Counted from the first letter of the stretch, positions 7,186 through 16,195 are shown. The stretch: 32,000 nucleotides of DNA from Geotalea uraniireducens Rf4 (GCF_000016745.1 NC_009483.1:1830001-1862000), one strand, 5' to 3'. Notes: a model not told the origin generated them from the sequence alone. Translations and numbers: made by a program.

Positions 7186-8613
7186 ATGGCCAGGCGTTAC
7201 AGAATGCTTATTGGTGGAGAATGGTCAGGCGACGACCGAACTGGGATTGAGGTGATTAACCCCTACGATGATTCTTTGATAGGTATAGTGCCTGAGGCAA
7301 CTGCAGAAGATGTGGAGGCGGCCATTGTTTCTGCACGGAAGGGATTTGACGAAATCTCAGCCATGCCCGCCTATAAAAGATCCGAAATACTTGAAAGAGC
7401 TTCCGAGTTTATTATGCGGGATAAGGAGGAGATTGCCGGTATCATCGCCAGGGAGGCGGGTAAATCATGGAAATACGCTCTTGCCGAGGCGGAGCGGAGT
7501 GCCGAGACCTTTAAATTTGCAGCCATAGAGGCAAGGGCGAGCCATGGTGAGATCGTGCCGATGGATGCTTCGCCGGTTTCCGCAGGGAGATTCGGTTTTT
7601 ATCTCCGCAACCCGATCGGAATCATTGGTGCCATAACCCCTTTCAATTTCCCACTGAACCTGGTGGCGCACAAACTTGCCCCTGCTATTGCCACAGGAAA
7701 CGCAGTGGTTCTGAAACCGGCAACCAAGACCCCGCTTACTTCTCTCAAGCTGGCAGAACTGCTCATGGAAGCGGGGCTCCCTGCCGGTGCGCTTAATGTT
7801 ATAATAGGCAGCGGTGCCACTGTGGGCAACCGGCTGGTTGAAGATGAACGGCTGGCAATGATTACTTTTACCGGCAGTCCGCCGGTGGGGAGAGGGATCA
7901 AGTCCCGGAGCGGATTAAAGCGGGTGACGCTGGAACTAGGTTCCAATTCGCCGACCATCATCGAGGAGGACGGCGATGTGGACAAAGCGGTCTCCCGCTG
8001 CGTTATCGGGAGTTTTGCCAATTCAGGCCAGGTATGCATCTCGGTGCAGCGGATTTTCGTCCACCAGAGTCGCTATGAGGAATTCATCGCCAAGTTTGTC
8101 GAGGCCACCCGATCCCTCAAGGTAGGCGATCCTTTCGACAAAACCTGTGATATCGGTCCGATGATCTCGCGAAAGGAGCTGGAACGGGCCGTTTCCTGGC
8201 TGGAAGAGGCAAAAAAACTGGGTGCCGTGATTGCCGTTGGCGGCAATGTTGTGGGGAACTGTCTGGAGCCGACCGTGCTGACCAGCGTTACCCGCGACAT
8301 GCAGGTTATGTGTTCCGAGGTTTTTGCCCCCATCGTTTCGGTCCTTCCCTATAAGACCTTTGATGAGGCTTTGGAAATGGCCGATGATTCGATCTATGGT
8401 TTACAAGCCGGGATTTATACAAGCGACATAAACAAGGCGTTTAAAGCTGTAAAAAGGCTCGATGTGGGTGGGGTTATCATTAATGATGTTCCTACATTCC
8501 GAGTCGATCATATGCCTTATGGCGGCAACAAGGAAAGCGGACTCGGACGTGAGGGAGTACGCTACGCAATGGAAGAAATGACGAATATTAAAATGGTTTG
8601 TATAAATTTGTGA
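7186..8613 (+). CDS. NAD(P)-dependent aldehyde dehydrogenase family protein
   Basis: 475-aa ORF with SD AAGGAGGA. The catalytic Glu context is LELGSNSP, the catalytic Cys context is FANSGQVCIS, the cofactor-binding region is FTGSPPVG, and the C-terminal motif is PYGGNKESGLGREG. Confidence 0.9.
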   Translation: MARRYRMLIGGEWSGDDRTGIEVINPYDDSLIGIVPEATAEDVEAAIVSARKGFDEISAMPAYKRSEILERASEFIMRDKEEIAGIIAREAGKSWKYALAEAERSAETFKFAAIEARASHGEIVPMDASPVSAGRFGFYLRNPIGIIGAITPFNFPLNLVAHKLAPAIATGNAVVLKPATKTPLTSLKLAELLMEAGLPAGALNVIIGSGATVGNRLVEDERLAMITFTGSPPVGRGIKSRSGLKRVTLELGSNSPTIIEEDGDVDKAVSRCVIGSFANSGQVCISVQRIFVHQSRYEEFIAKFVEATRSLKVGDPFDKTCDIGPMISRKELERAVSWLEEAKKLGAVIAVGGNVVGNCLEPTVLTSVTRDMQVMCSEVFAPIVSVLPYKTFDEALEMADDSIYGLQAGIYTSDINKAFKAVKRLDVGGVIINDVPTFRVDHMPYGGNKESGLGREGVRYAMEEMTNIKMVCINL

Positions 8614-8695
8614 ACGAGTCGATCAACATGAATGGTATAATCCGTGCTCATGTTGACTGGGTGCGGTGGTAAAAATATTTTTTGTTAAAATAATC

Positions 8696-8723
8696 TTGAC
8701 TTTTCATTTTTTAATAGTATATT
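8696..8723 (+). promoter_or_regulatory. Candidate sigma70 promoter for the small lipoprotein gene
   Basis: TTGACT (8696-8701), a 16-nt spacer, TATATT (8718-8723). Confidence 0.35.
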
Positions 8724-8804
8724 TGCGCTTTGTTGTGACTGAAAAAAAACCATGCGCTTTGCGCAACAGATGGTAATCAAAAAAGAAAAGAGGTGATATC
8801 GTCA

Positions 8805-8999
8805 ATGAAAAAACTGATCTCTTTAGCATTGTGCTTGGCTCTGGCTCTGGCTTTCGCCGCTGGCTGCAAGAAGAAAGAAGAAGCTCCGGCTCCTGCTGCT
8901 GAGCAGGCTGCTCCTGCTGCTCCGGTTCAGGCTCCTATGACTGCCAAGTCTGCTCCTGCTGCTCCTGAAGCTCCTGCTGCTCCTGCTGAGAAAAAATAA
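8805..8999 (+). CDS. Small Ala/Pro-rich lipoprotein (64 aa)
   Basis: SD AAGAGGTGA precedes ATG 8805; the ORF-track GTG at 8793 lies inside the SD. The signal peptide and lipobox read MKKLISLALCLALALAFAAG-C. The mature part is low-complexity (APAPAAEQAAPAAPVQAP...APAAPEAPAAPAEKK), encoded by GCTCCTGCTGCT-type repeats. Confidence 0.7.
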   Translation: MKKLISLALCLALALAFAAGCKKKEEAPAPAAEQAAPAAPVQAPMTAKSAPAAPEAPAAPAEKK

Positions 9000-9034
9000 T
9001 TTCCCAGGATTAGTGGACAGTCTGGAACGAAATG

Positions 9035-9066
9035 GCCTACAGAATATATTCTGTAGGCTATTTTTA
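9035..9066 (+). terminator. Rho-independent terminator after the lipoprotein gene
   Basis: Stem GCCTACAGAAT (9035-9045) pairs with ATTCTGTAGGC (9048-9058), followed by TATTTTTA. Confidence 0.75.
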
Positions 9067-9085
9067 TGCTATCGCGAGAATCTCA

Positions 9086-9114
9086 TTGACATTTGCCGGG
9101 GTAAATGGTATTTG
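9086..9114 (+). promoter_or_regulatory. Candidate sigma70 promoter for ndk
   Basis: TTGACA (9086-9091), a 17-nt spacer, TATTTG (9109-9114). Confidence 0.35.
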
Positions 9115-9157
9115 AGACGGTCTATTGATATAAATAGCTAAAATTGTGGAGGAAAGT

Positions 9158-9571
9158 ATGGAAAGAACATTTGCGATCATTAAGCCCGATGCCGTGGAAA
9201 GAAACATTACCGGCAAAGTCCTCGATAAAATTGAAGGCGCAGGGTTTAAAATTGTCGGCATGAAGAAGATTCACCTGACCAAGAATGAAGCTGAAGGGTT
9301 CTATTACGTACACAAGGAACGCCCGTTTTTCAATGATCTTTGTACCTTCATGTCAAGGAATCCGGTAGTTGTGCTTGCATTGGAAAAAGAGAACGCCATT
9401 GCAGCATGGCGTGAGCTTATGGGCGCCACAAACCCTGCCAATGCCGAAGCCGGCACGATCAGGAAAGATTTCGGCGTCAGCATCGAGGAGAATACGGTTC
9501 ATGGTTCCGATTCCCCGGAATCCGCTGCCTTTGAAATTCCCTACTTCTTCAGCCAGTTGGAACTAGTGTAA
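9158..9571 (+). CDS. ndk: Nucleoside diphosphate kinase
   Basis: [26 protein letters not shown]... with the active-site context [13 protein letters not shown] lies 5 nt upstream of ATG 9158; the ORF-track GTG at 9146 overlaps the SD. Confidence 0.95.
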   Translation: MERTFAIIKPDAVERNITGKVLDKIEGAGFKIVGMKKIHLTKNEAEGFYYVHKERPFFNDLCTFMSRNPVVVLALEKENAIAAWRELMGATNPANAEAGTIRKDFGVSIEENTVHGSDSPESAAFEIPYFFSQLELV

Positions 9572-9598
9572 TTCGAAATTAATAAAAGCAAGGAAAAG

Positions 9599-9623
9599 AG
9601 CCCTTCCATGAAGGGCTTTTTTA
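9599..9623 (+). terminator. Rho-independent terminator after ndk
   Basis: Stem AGCCCTTC (9599-9606) pairs with GAAGGGCT (9610-9617), followed by TTTTTT. Confidence 0.75.
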
Positions 9624-9633
9624 TATCTGTGAT

Positions 9634-10665
9634 ATGGAAAAAGTGGACATAAAAAACTTTACGCTGCAAGAGCTTGAAGCGTATATAGCGGGGCAAGGGA
9701 AGGAACGCTTTCGCGCGAAGCAGATTTTCAAATGGCTCTATCAGCAGGATGCCAGAGAGTTTGCGGACATGACCAACCTTTCCAAGGATTTCCGGCAGGA
9801 GCTGGAAAAGACCGCCTGGATCAGCAATCTGGACGCGGAGGCTGTTGAGGCTTCCGCTGACGGGACGAAAAAGTATCTGTTTCGTCTCGCAGACGGCAAC
9901 GCGGTCGAATCCGTGCTCATTCCCGATGAGGACCGCACCACCCTCTGTATTTCCAGCCAGGTCGGTTGTGCCATGGGATGCGAATTCTGCCTGACCGGTA
10001 CATTCAAGCTGACCAGGAACCTGACCACTGCCGAGATCGTCAATCAGGTCTGTGCGGTCAAGCGACAGGAGCCGGTGCGCAACATCGTTTTCATGGGGAT
10101 GGGGGAACCGCTCGCCAACCTGAAGAACGTGGTCGGCGCCCTGAAGATACTTACCGACCCAGACGGTTTTCAGTTCTCGACCCGCAAGGTAACGGTTTCA
10201 ACATCCGGTCTCGTGCCGGAGATGGCGGAACTGGGCGCTTCTGTCACGGTCAACCTGGCCGTCTCCCTGAATGCGACCACCGACGAGGTGAGAGACCGGA
10301 TCATGCCGATTAACCGCCGCTATCCGCTCAAGGAGCTTTTGGCCGCGTGTAAGGCCTTCCCGCTCCCGTCGCGACGCTGGATAACCATTGAATACGTTAT
10401 GATCAGGGGGGTGAACGATTCCCTCGATGACGCCAAACGGCTGGTACGGCTGATCAGCAATATTCCGTCCAAAGTGAACCTGATTCCGTTTAACGAGCAT
10501 GATGGCTGTACCTTTCAGGCACCCACCCAAGACTCCATCGATAAATTTCACAAATTTCTTCTCGATAAACATGTTACGGTCATCACCCGCTCCAGCCGCG
10601 GCAGCGACATATCGGCAGCCTGCGGACAGTTGAAGGGACGGCTGGACAAGGCGGTGAAAGATTAA
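9634..10665 (+). CDS. rlmN: Radical SAM 23S rRNA/tRNA adenine-C2 methyltransferase
   Basis: 343-aa ORF. The radical SAM cluster motif is CAMGCEFC. The family contexts are [11 protein letters not shown] at the N-terminus, GMGEPLAN, and the C-terminal catalytic [11 protein letters not shown]. Confidence 0.9.
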   Translation: MEKVDIKNFTLQELEAYIAGQGKERFRAKQIFKWLYQQDAREFADMTNLSKDFRQELEKTAWISNLDAEAVEASADGTKKYLFRLADGNAVESVLIPDEDRTTLCISSQVGCAMGCEFCLTGTFKLTRNLTTAEIVNQVCAVKRQEPVRNIVFMGMGEPLANLKNVVGALKILTDPDGFQFSTRKVTVSTSGLVPEMAELGASVTVNLAVSLNATTDEVRDRIMPINRRYPLKELLAACKAFPLPSRRWITIEYVMIRGVNDSLDDAKRLVRLISNIPSKVNLIPFNEHDGCTFQAPTQDSIDKFHKFLLDKHVTVITRSSRGSDISAACGQLKGRLDKAVKD

Positions 10666-10700
10666 AACTTACTTGGATACGAAATGAAGGAGGGCACTAC

Positions 10701-11564
10701 ATGAGCGAACAGGTAATCGGCATAATCGGCGGCAGTGGACTGTATGAACTGGATGGCCTTACCGACGTGAAAAGCGTAGCGGTGACGACACCATTTGGTG
10801 AGCCGTCCGACGAATTTATCACCGGGGTGCTGGACGGAGTCAGGATGGTATTTCTTCCCCGCCACGGCAAGGGGCATCGGCTGCTGCCGTCGGAAGTCAA
10901 CTACCGGGCCAATATTTACGGCATGAAGAAGCTCGGGGTGAACCGCCTCATTTCCGTCTCAGCTGTGGGTAGCATGAAAGAGGAAATCGTTCCCGGTCAT
11001 ATCGTCATACCCGACCAGTTTATCGACCGCACCAACGCCAGCCGTGCCAATACATTCTTCGGCAACGGCATCGTTGCCCATGTCCAGTTTGCCGATCCGG
11101 TCTGCGCGGAACTGTCTGATATTCTTTTTGCCGCTGCCCAGGCTGCCGGTGCAACGGCCCACAAGGGAGGGACCTATATCTGCATGGAGGGGCCGGCATT
11201 TTCCACCAGGGCTGAGTCGATCATGTACCGCTCGTTCGGCGTCTCCGTTATCGGCATGACCAACATCCCGGAAGCAAAGCTGGCCAGGGAATCGGAAATC
11301 TGTTACGGTGTCATCGCCCTGGCCACCGATTACGACTGCTGGCACGAGTCCCATGAAGATGTGTCGATAGATGCGATAATCGACACTATCAAGAAGAATG
11401 TCGCTATGGCAAAGACGATCATCAAAAATGCCGTCGGCCTCATAAGCGGTGAAAGGGCTTGCCCTTGTTCGTCCGCCATGCAGTATGCCGTTATCACCGA
11501 AAAGTCGATTATCCCCGACGAGGTGAAGAAGAACCTCGATATTATTATCGGCAAATACCTGTAA
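10701..11564 (+). CDS. mtnP: S-methyl-5'-thioadenosine phosphorylase
   Basis: 287-aa ORF with SD AAGGAGG. The N-terminus is IGIIGGSGLYEL. PNP/MTAP family contexts are FLPRHG.GH...PSEVNYRANI, ICMEGPAFSTRAES and GMTNIPEAKLARE. Confidence 0.9.
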   Translation: MSEQVIGIIGGSGLYELDGLTDVKSVAVTTPFGEPSDEFITGVLDGVRMVFLPRHGKGHRLLPSEVNYRANIYGMKKLGVNRLISVSAVGSMKEEIVPGHIVIPDQFIDRTNASRANTFFGNGIVAHVQFADPVCAELSDILFAAAQAAGATAHKGGTYICMEGPAFSTRAESIMYRSFGVSVIGMTNIPEAKLARESEICYGVIALATDYDCWHESHEDVSIDAIIDTIKKNVAMAKTIIKNAVGLISGERACPCSSAMQYAVITEKSIIPDEVKKNLDIIIGKYL

Positions 11565-11597
11565 TCCCACGGACTTTCATTTATCTCCGGAGGAACG

Positions 11598-12497
11598 ATG
11601 AACTTGGAACCGGAATTAACCGAACAGCTTAAGCGGGTACTCAGCTCTTTGGAGCTGCTGCTGCCCAAACCGACAGCAAAGATAGACTGGGCAGTGTGTC
11701 ATGCGGCCAACTGGCGGCGACACTCGTTTTCCGGGTATCTGGAGTCGATCCCGAGTATTGAAGGAATCTGTCTGGATGACCTGCTCGGTATCGATAAACA
11801 GAAGTGGGATGTAGAGGAAAACACCCGCCAGTTCCTGGCCGGCCTGCCTGCCAACAACATCCTTTTGTGGGGGACGCGCGGCACCGGCAAATCTTCGCTG
11901 GTACGGGCCATGCTCCATAGTTATGCGCCCGAGGGATTGCGGGTCATCCAGGTGGACAAGGACGACCTGGTGCACCTGCCCGATATCGTTGATGAAGTGA
12001 AGGACCAGCCGTACAAATACATTATCTTTTCCGACGATGTTTCCTTCGAAGTGGGTGAATCGAGCTACAAAATGTTGAAGAGCGCGCTGGATGGCTCTGT
12101 CTACGCACCGCCGGATAATGTGATTATATATGTAACCTCAAACCGGCGGCACCTTATTCCCGAGTATGAAAGCGACAACCGAGGCGCAATGATGGTAGAA
12201 GGGGAGATCCACCACGGCGAGTCGGTGGAAGAAAAGATCTCTCTCTCCGGCCGTTTCGGCATCTGGGTCGCGTTCCACCCCTTCAGCCAGGACCAGTATC
12301 TTGAGGTGGTTAAACAGTGGGTTGGCAAGCTTTGTCAGAAAAAAGGCGCTGAGCTTGAGTGGACTAAAGAAGCGCAGGATGAGGCTATTCTCTGGTCGCA
12401 GAAAAAAGGTGACCGTAGTGGCCGCATTGCTTACCAGTTTGCCAGTAGCTGGGTGGGGCGGAAGCTCCTGGCAACAACAAAACCGGTAGGTGCGTAA
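11598..12497 (+). CDS. DUF815-type AAA/P-loop ATPase
   Basis: 299-aa ORF with SD GGAGG. The Walker A motif is GTRGTGKSS and the Walker B-like motif is YIIFSDD. Overall layout resembles COG2607-type ATPases. Confidence 0.75.
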   Translation: MNLEPELTEQLKRVLSSLELLLPKPTAKIDWAVCHAANWRRHSFSGYLESIPSIEGICLDDLLGIDKQKWDVEENTRQFLAGLPANNILLWGTRGTGKSSLVRAMLHSYAPEGLRVIQVDKDDLVHLPDIVDEVKDQPYKYIIFSDDVSFEVGESSYKMLKSALDGSVYAPPDNVIIYVTSNRRHLIPEYESDNRGAMMVEGEIHHGESVEEKISLSGRFGIWVAFHPFSQDQYLEVVKQWVGKLCQKKGAELEWTKEAQDEAILWSQKKGDRSGRIAYQFASSWVGRKLLATTKPVGA

Positions 12498-12550
12498 ATC
12501 GTTATACTTTTCAGGTAGGGCAAATAAATTCATACTCTTAAGGTATTTTG

Positions 12551-12584
12551 AGGGGCGTCCGTTGTCAGCGGACGCCCCTTTTTC
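12551..12584 (+). terminator. Rho-independent terminator after the DUF815 gene
   Basis: Stem AGGGGCGTCCG (12551-12561) pairs with CGGACGCCCCT (12569-12579), followed by TTTTTC. Confidence 0.85.
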
Positions 12585-12589
12585 ATTCT

Positions 12590-12754
12590 AGGAGCCTGTC
12601 GGACTTAGGAATGAATCTACTGCGAGAATGGCAAATCGGTCAATATTTTCGGAAATTTTCGACGAATAGGTCCACTATTAGCTCTCAAATTTCCGGAAAT
12701 CTGCCCTCGATTTTCCATCCTCTCGCTACGATCCCCTAAGTCCGACAGACTCCT
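12590..12754. mobile_element. Non-autonomous foldback element (MITE-like), 165 bp, with 20-bp terminal inverted repeats
   Basis: AGGAGCCTGTCGGACTTAGG (12590-12609) matches the reverse complement of CCTAAGTCCGACAGACTCCT (12735-12754) at 19/20 positions. The interior arms are also imperfectly complementary (CGAGA..ATGG.AAATCG....CGGAAATTT on both arms). It has no real coding capacity. Confidence 0.65.
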
Positions 12755-12804
12755 TGGCTCGAAAATCTGCAAGACTGTCATAAATGGAACATTATGCGAT
12801 TTGA

Positions 12805-14332
12805 ATTAATACTACTCCGACACATATAGTTCTTTAACATTTCAATATTCGCACCAGAAGCTTTGCAATCTGATGCCTGATGTCAGGCAAGGACGGCATG
12901 CCTTTGAGTCGTTGCCTCCGCCTCCATCGCTCAGAGGAACGAAGAGAACAGCAACGATGGCGCCACTTTTCCAGGTGTTTGGTTTTCAGAACAAAGCGTC
13001 GTTGGCCAGTGTCGATTTTTTCTGAATCCAGTTGCTCCGCGCTGTCGCACTCTTCTGTTTTTTTTGCTGCAAACGCAACAGTGTCAGATAGCCATATGCC
13101 AGGGACGTCAGGAGCACATGTCGATGCCATCCGCTCCATGAGCGCCCTTCATGGTGATCAAGGCCAAGCTCTTCCTTTAGCTGTTGATAGCCATGCTCTA
13201 TCCAATAACGTTCATGGTAGAGGCGGGCAAGGTCAATCGTTGCCAGATGCTGCGGCATATTGCTGAAGAAATAGCGAAGCTCGTATCCACCCAGGTTCAG
13301 GGGGCGGCGCTCTATCAGGAGCCAGACTTGTTCATGATGATTGCCCTGCCGCCATCCGTGAGCCGGCCACACTCTCATTGAGACGGCCTCTGCAACAAGT
13401 GGCTTGTCCTTGGAATTGAGCCTCAATTCTAGCCGTTGCCATGCATCATCGGCAATGCTTTCGCCCAGTACCGACAGCTTGACCGGTTCGGGGTTTGTGG
13501 AGACTACCTTAGGGCGAGTTCGTGGACGCCCTCGCTTATGCTCTTTGACTGGCGCAATTTCAAAGACCGGCTCCTCAAGAAATACCGGGGTGTTGGAGTA
13601 AGCTCCCAGGATGTAATTTTCACTGCGGGACTCAAGCTCCTTGCGAAACTCCGGAATGTTGCCATACCAGCTGTCAGCAAGGACTGCACGATGGGGAACA
13701 TTGTCTTTTCGGGCCAGGTCAACAAAATCAAGTGCCATGCGCCATTTTGACTTATGGTGCACTGACTCCGGCATGTGAGCCTTTTTACGCTTTGCGGTGC
13801 AATCATCATTTTGCTGATCCCAGGATTCCGGGACGAACAGTTCCATGGCATATGGCCAGGCGACATCTCTGCCGACATACGTCATGCTTACGCCAATCTG
13901 ACAGTTGTCAGTCTTGCCTGATGCACCGCAGTATTGCCGGGCAACACATACACTGTCGTACCCTTTCTTAGGGAACCCGGTATCATCAAGAACCAGGATC
14001 CCCTGCGGGTCGGAAGTGACGTCAAGCATGGAACGGCGGAATTGCTCAGCAACAAGTTGATCGTCCCATTTGGCAGTCGAAAGGAGGCGCTGCATACTTC
14101 GTTCAGATGCGTTTACCTTCTCTGACATGGGTTCAACTGACTTGCGCTCACCGTCCATGAGCAGGCCGGCCAAGTAACATTCTGCCAGTTCACGGCTCTC
14201 TGACCGATGGAAATAGCCATAATAGGGAGCCATATATTCTTCGATGCCGGGGAAAACGATCTCTGTTGTCATTCGCAGAGATTATCACATGAAACAGATT
14301 ATATCAAGCTATGTGTCGGAGTAGTATTAATA
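12805..14332 (-). mobile_element. IS701-family insertion sequence, apparently intact
   Basis: The perfect 22-bp inverted repeats ATTAATACTACTCCGACACATA (12805-12826) and TATGTGTCGGAGTAGTATTAAT (14310-14331) enclose a single 428-aa transposase gene. TTGA occurs immediately outside both ends (12801-12804 and 14333-14336, if the right end is set at 14332). Confidence 0.85.
12986..14272 (-). CDS. IS701-family (COG5659-like) DDE transposase
   Basis: 428-aa ORF. The N-terminus is FHRSESRELAECYLAGLLMDGERKSVEPMSEKV...MQRLLSTAKWDD. The catalytic-region contexts VLDDTGFPKKGYDSVCVARQYCGASGKTDNCQIGVS and AVLADSWYG, and the C-terminal YHERYWIEHGYQQLKEELGLDHHEGRSWSGWHRH, are typical of this family. Confidence 0.85.
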   Translation of the reverse strand: MTTEIVFPGIEEYMAPYYGYFHRSESRELAECYLAGLLMDGERKSVEPMSEKVNASERSMQRLLSTAKWDDQLVAEQFRRSMLDVTSDPQGILVLDDTGFPKKGYDSVCVARQYCGASGKTDNCQIGVSMTYVGRDVAWPYAMELFVPESWDQQNDDCTAKRKKAHMPESVHHKSKWRMALDFVDLARKDNVPHRAVLADSWYGNIPEFRKELESRSENYILGAYSNTPVFLEEPVFEIAPVKEHKRGRPRTRPKVVSTNPEPVKLSVLGESIADDAWQRLELRLNSKDKPLVAEAVSMRVWPAHGWRQGNHHEQVWLLIERRPLNLGGYELRYFFSNMPQHLATIDLARLYHERYWIEHGYQQLKEELGLDHHEGRSWSGWHRHVLLTSLAYGYLTLLRLQQKKQKSATARSNWIQKKSTLANDALF

Positions 14333-14682
14333 TTGATCACAAAATCAATAGCTTGAGATTGTATGTATAAATTCAGCATGTTACTGCACATTGACTTTTC
14401 ACTGTTAAAGATTAATATAATCTTATGACCAGTCGGTGAAAGGAGGTAACCTTTGCCGGATTAAGATCAAGGTTGCCGGTAAGCTTCCATCATTGGCGAG
14501 TAGGAAAACCTGGCGATATGAAGGATGAAAGGACACCTCCAGATTAATTTCAGGGGGGATTGATGAAACTGATAGACCGATTCTCGTTTCTTTTGACTTC
14601 TAGCGGGTTTCTCCCGATCTCTTCGCCACATCCGAAGAACCGATCCGCTGCGAGGCACCCAGCGCAAAACGACTGGAAGACA

Positions 14683-14901
14683 ATGAAAATAGAACAAACT
14701 TTTTTATGTCTTAACTGTGACGAAGTCTTCCACGAAGATTTCAAGCAATGTCCGGGTTGTGCTTCAACCAACATTGTTCCACTAGCTAAATTTTTGCCGC
14801 CTCTTAAATTCAACAGGATACTGATAAGAACATTTCCAATTCAACAAGCAACACTGACTGCCGCTCTTGCCAAGTTAGCATGTAGAAGCGATGTTGAATA
14901 A
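14683..14901 (+). CDS. Small zinc-ribbon protein (72 aa), hypothetical
   Basis: MKIEQTFLCLNCDEVFHEDFKQCPGCAS... carries a CxxC-N13-CxxC pattern. The ORF-track version starts at 14560, but that N-terminal part looks non-coding. The SD (GGAAG) is weak. Confidence 0.35.
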   Translation: MKIEQTFLCLNCDEVFHEDFKQCPGCASTNIVPLAKFLPPLKFNRILIRTFPIQQATLTAALAKLACRSDVE

Positions 14902-14986
14902 CTGAGAAATATTTGATTGCCGCCTGGTTTCGCCATACAAATCAGACAGCGCTTTATTGGGAACCAATTTAGTCGGAGACTGAAAG

Positions 14987-15613
14987 ATGTCAAACCCGAA
15001 GCCAGTTGGTGACTTGTTGTACGGCCGGATCACCTTTTGTAAAGAATTTCTGAAACACCCTCGACAGATCGGGTCGATCATACCAAGCTCTTGCTTCCTT
15101 AAACGCCGCATTGTTGATATCGCCGGGATCTGTTCGGCCAAGACCATCGTGGAGCTTGGTCCCGGAAGTGGGGGCACGACTCAGGCAATACTGCGTGCAG
15201 CACCATCGTATGCCAGGCTCCTCAGCATCGAAGTCAATCCTCATTTACATTCCTTGGTATGCAGCATCGAGGACAATCGACTCATCGCGCATCTCGGTGA
15301 CTGCCACGGGTTAAAGGAAATACTTTCGATGTATCGGCTCGGCGCCCCGGAAGTAATAATTTCCGGTATTCCATTTTCCACCATGAGCAACATCTCAGGA
15401 ACTCAAATTATTGAGGAGATCTCTACAGTGCTTGCCCCAGGGGGACGTTTCGTGGCGTACCAGGTGAGTAATCGGGTTGCCAAGCTATGTCGGCCCTTTC
15501 TCGGAAAGGAGAAGATGGAGGTAGAACTCTTCAATATACCGCCGATGCGAGTTTATTGGTGGGAAAAGCACGATGCCTGCCCATCGGATAAGGGTTCTTC
15601 CCCGTTTCCCTGA
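14987..15613 (+). CDS. Class I SAM-dependent methyltransferase, phospholipid N-methyltransferase (PmtA/COG3963)-like
   Basis: 208-aa ORF. It has the N-terminal FLKHPRQIGSIIPSS motif typical of COG3963 proteins, SAM motif I VELGPGSGGTT, IEVNP, a post-motif SGIPFS, and GGRFVAYQ. Confidence 0.7.
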   Translation: MSNPKPVGDLLYGRITFCKEFLKHPRQIGSIIPSSCFLKRRIVDIAGICSAKTIVELGPGSGGTTQAILRAAPSYARLLSIEVNPHLHSLVCSIEDNRLIAHLGDCHGLKEILSMYRLGAPEVIISGIPFSTMSNISGTQIIEEISTVLAPGGRFVAYQVSNRVAKLCRPFLGKEKMEVELFNIPPMRVYWWEKHDACPSDKGSSPFP

Positions 15614-15641
15614 CGCAGATATCGGGCATGCCCGGCATGTC

Positions 15642-15947
15642 TCATTTCCCAAATGACTTCATGAATTCCTTCAACAGGAGGGGAGCGTTTGATTTGATCG
15701 TGCCGCTCATGAAATCCCGCAGGCCTGGCGTATATCCCTCGTTCCAGATCTTCAGGAAAAACTGTTCGCTTGTCTTGCAGACGCAGTCGACATTTTCCTC
15801 TGTCTTTCCGTTGCTGACGGAGCAGGTCTCCGCATCGAGGATGATGGTCTTCTTGACGTCTTCTATGGAAAAATAGAAGGATGTCTTACGCGAGAATCCC
15901 CCTTTTATGTAAAGAGGGGAAAGCGTGGCAAAAATATCGTTTATCAT
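15642..15947 (-). CDS. SCP2 sterol/lipid-binding domain protein (101 aa)
   Basis: SD GGAGA lies 7 nt upstream. The sequence follows the SCP2 pattern: FYFSIEDV..TIILDAETCSVSNGKTEENVDCVCKTSEQFFLKIWNEGYTPGLRDFMSGTIKSNAPLLLKEFMKSF. Confidence 0.7.
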   Translation of the reverse strand: MINDIFATLSPLYIKGGFSRKTSFYFSIEDVKKTIILDAETCSVSNGKTEENVDCVCKTSEQFFLKIWNEGYTPGLRDFMSGTIKSNAPLLLKEFMKSFGK

Positions 15948-15967
15948 TGTCTTTCTCCGCTAATCGG

Positions 15968-16183
15968 TTATTTGCTCGTTCTTGACAAAGTTTGTTCGCG
16001 CATCAAGTATTTAAGCGCTGCCCGCATGATCTCCGATGCACTTTTCCGACTCTTTTGCATTACCTCTTCAAGAAACTGCTGCTCCTGATCACTGATTCTC
16101 ATAGAGATTACGTTGTATCGTGGATTTTCACGCATCCTGCCCATTGTTTCCCTCAAACCATAAAATATCAACGATTTCTGCAT
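15968..16183 (-). CDS. Ribbon-helix-helix (CopG/MobC-like) DNA-binding protein
   Basis: It has a beta-strand plus two-helix pattern: NVISMRISDQEQQFLEEVMQKSRKSASEIMRAALKYL. The more likely start is the ATG at 16144 (GAGGGA SD), which gives 58 aa. The gene ends 20 nt before the SCP2 gene. Confidence 0.5.
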   Translation of the reverse strand: MQKSLIFYGLRETMGRMRENPRYNVISMRISDQEQQFLEEVMQKSRKSASEIMRAALKYLMREQTLSRTSK

Positions 16184-16195
16184 TTCCGATTTGAC

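Noticed and set aside
12548-12739. 63-aa ORF spanning the terminator and the MITE
   Set aside because: It starts inside a terminator hairpin and runs through the foldback element. There is no SD, so it is most likely non-coding.
14560-14682. N-terminal 41 codons of the 113-aa ORF-track protein
   Set aside because: The translation (MMKLIDRFSFLLTSSGFLPISSPHPKNRSAARHPAQNDWKT) has no features. The zinc-ribbon part begins at the internal Met. Even the shorter call is low confidence.
15623-15634. Palindrome CGGGCATGCCCG between the convergent methyltransferase and SCP2 genes, considered as a bidirectional terminator
   Set aside because: The stem is only 4-5 bp with no flanking T or A tracts, which is too weak to call.
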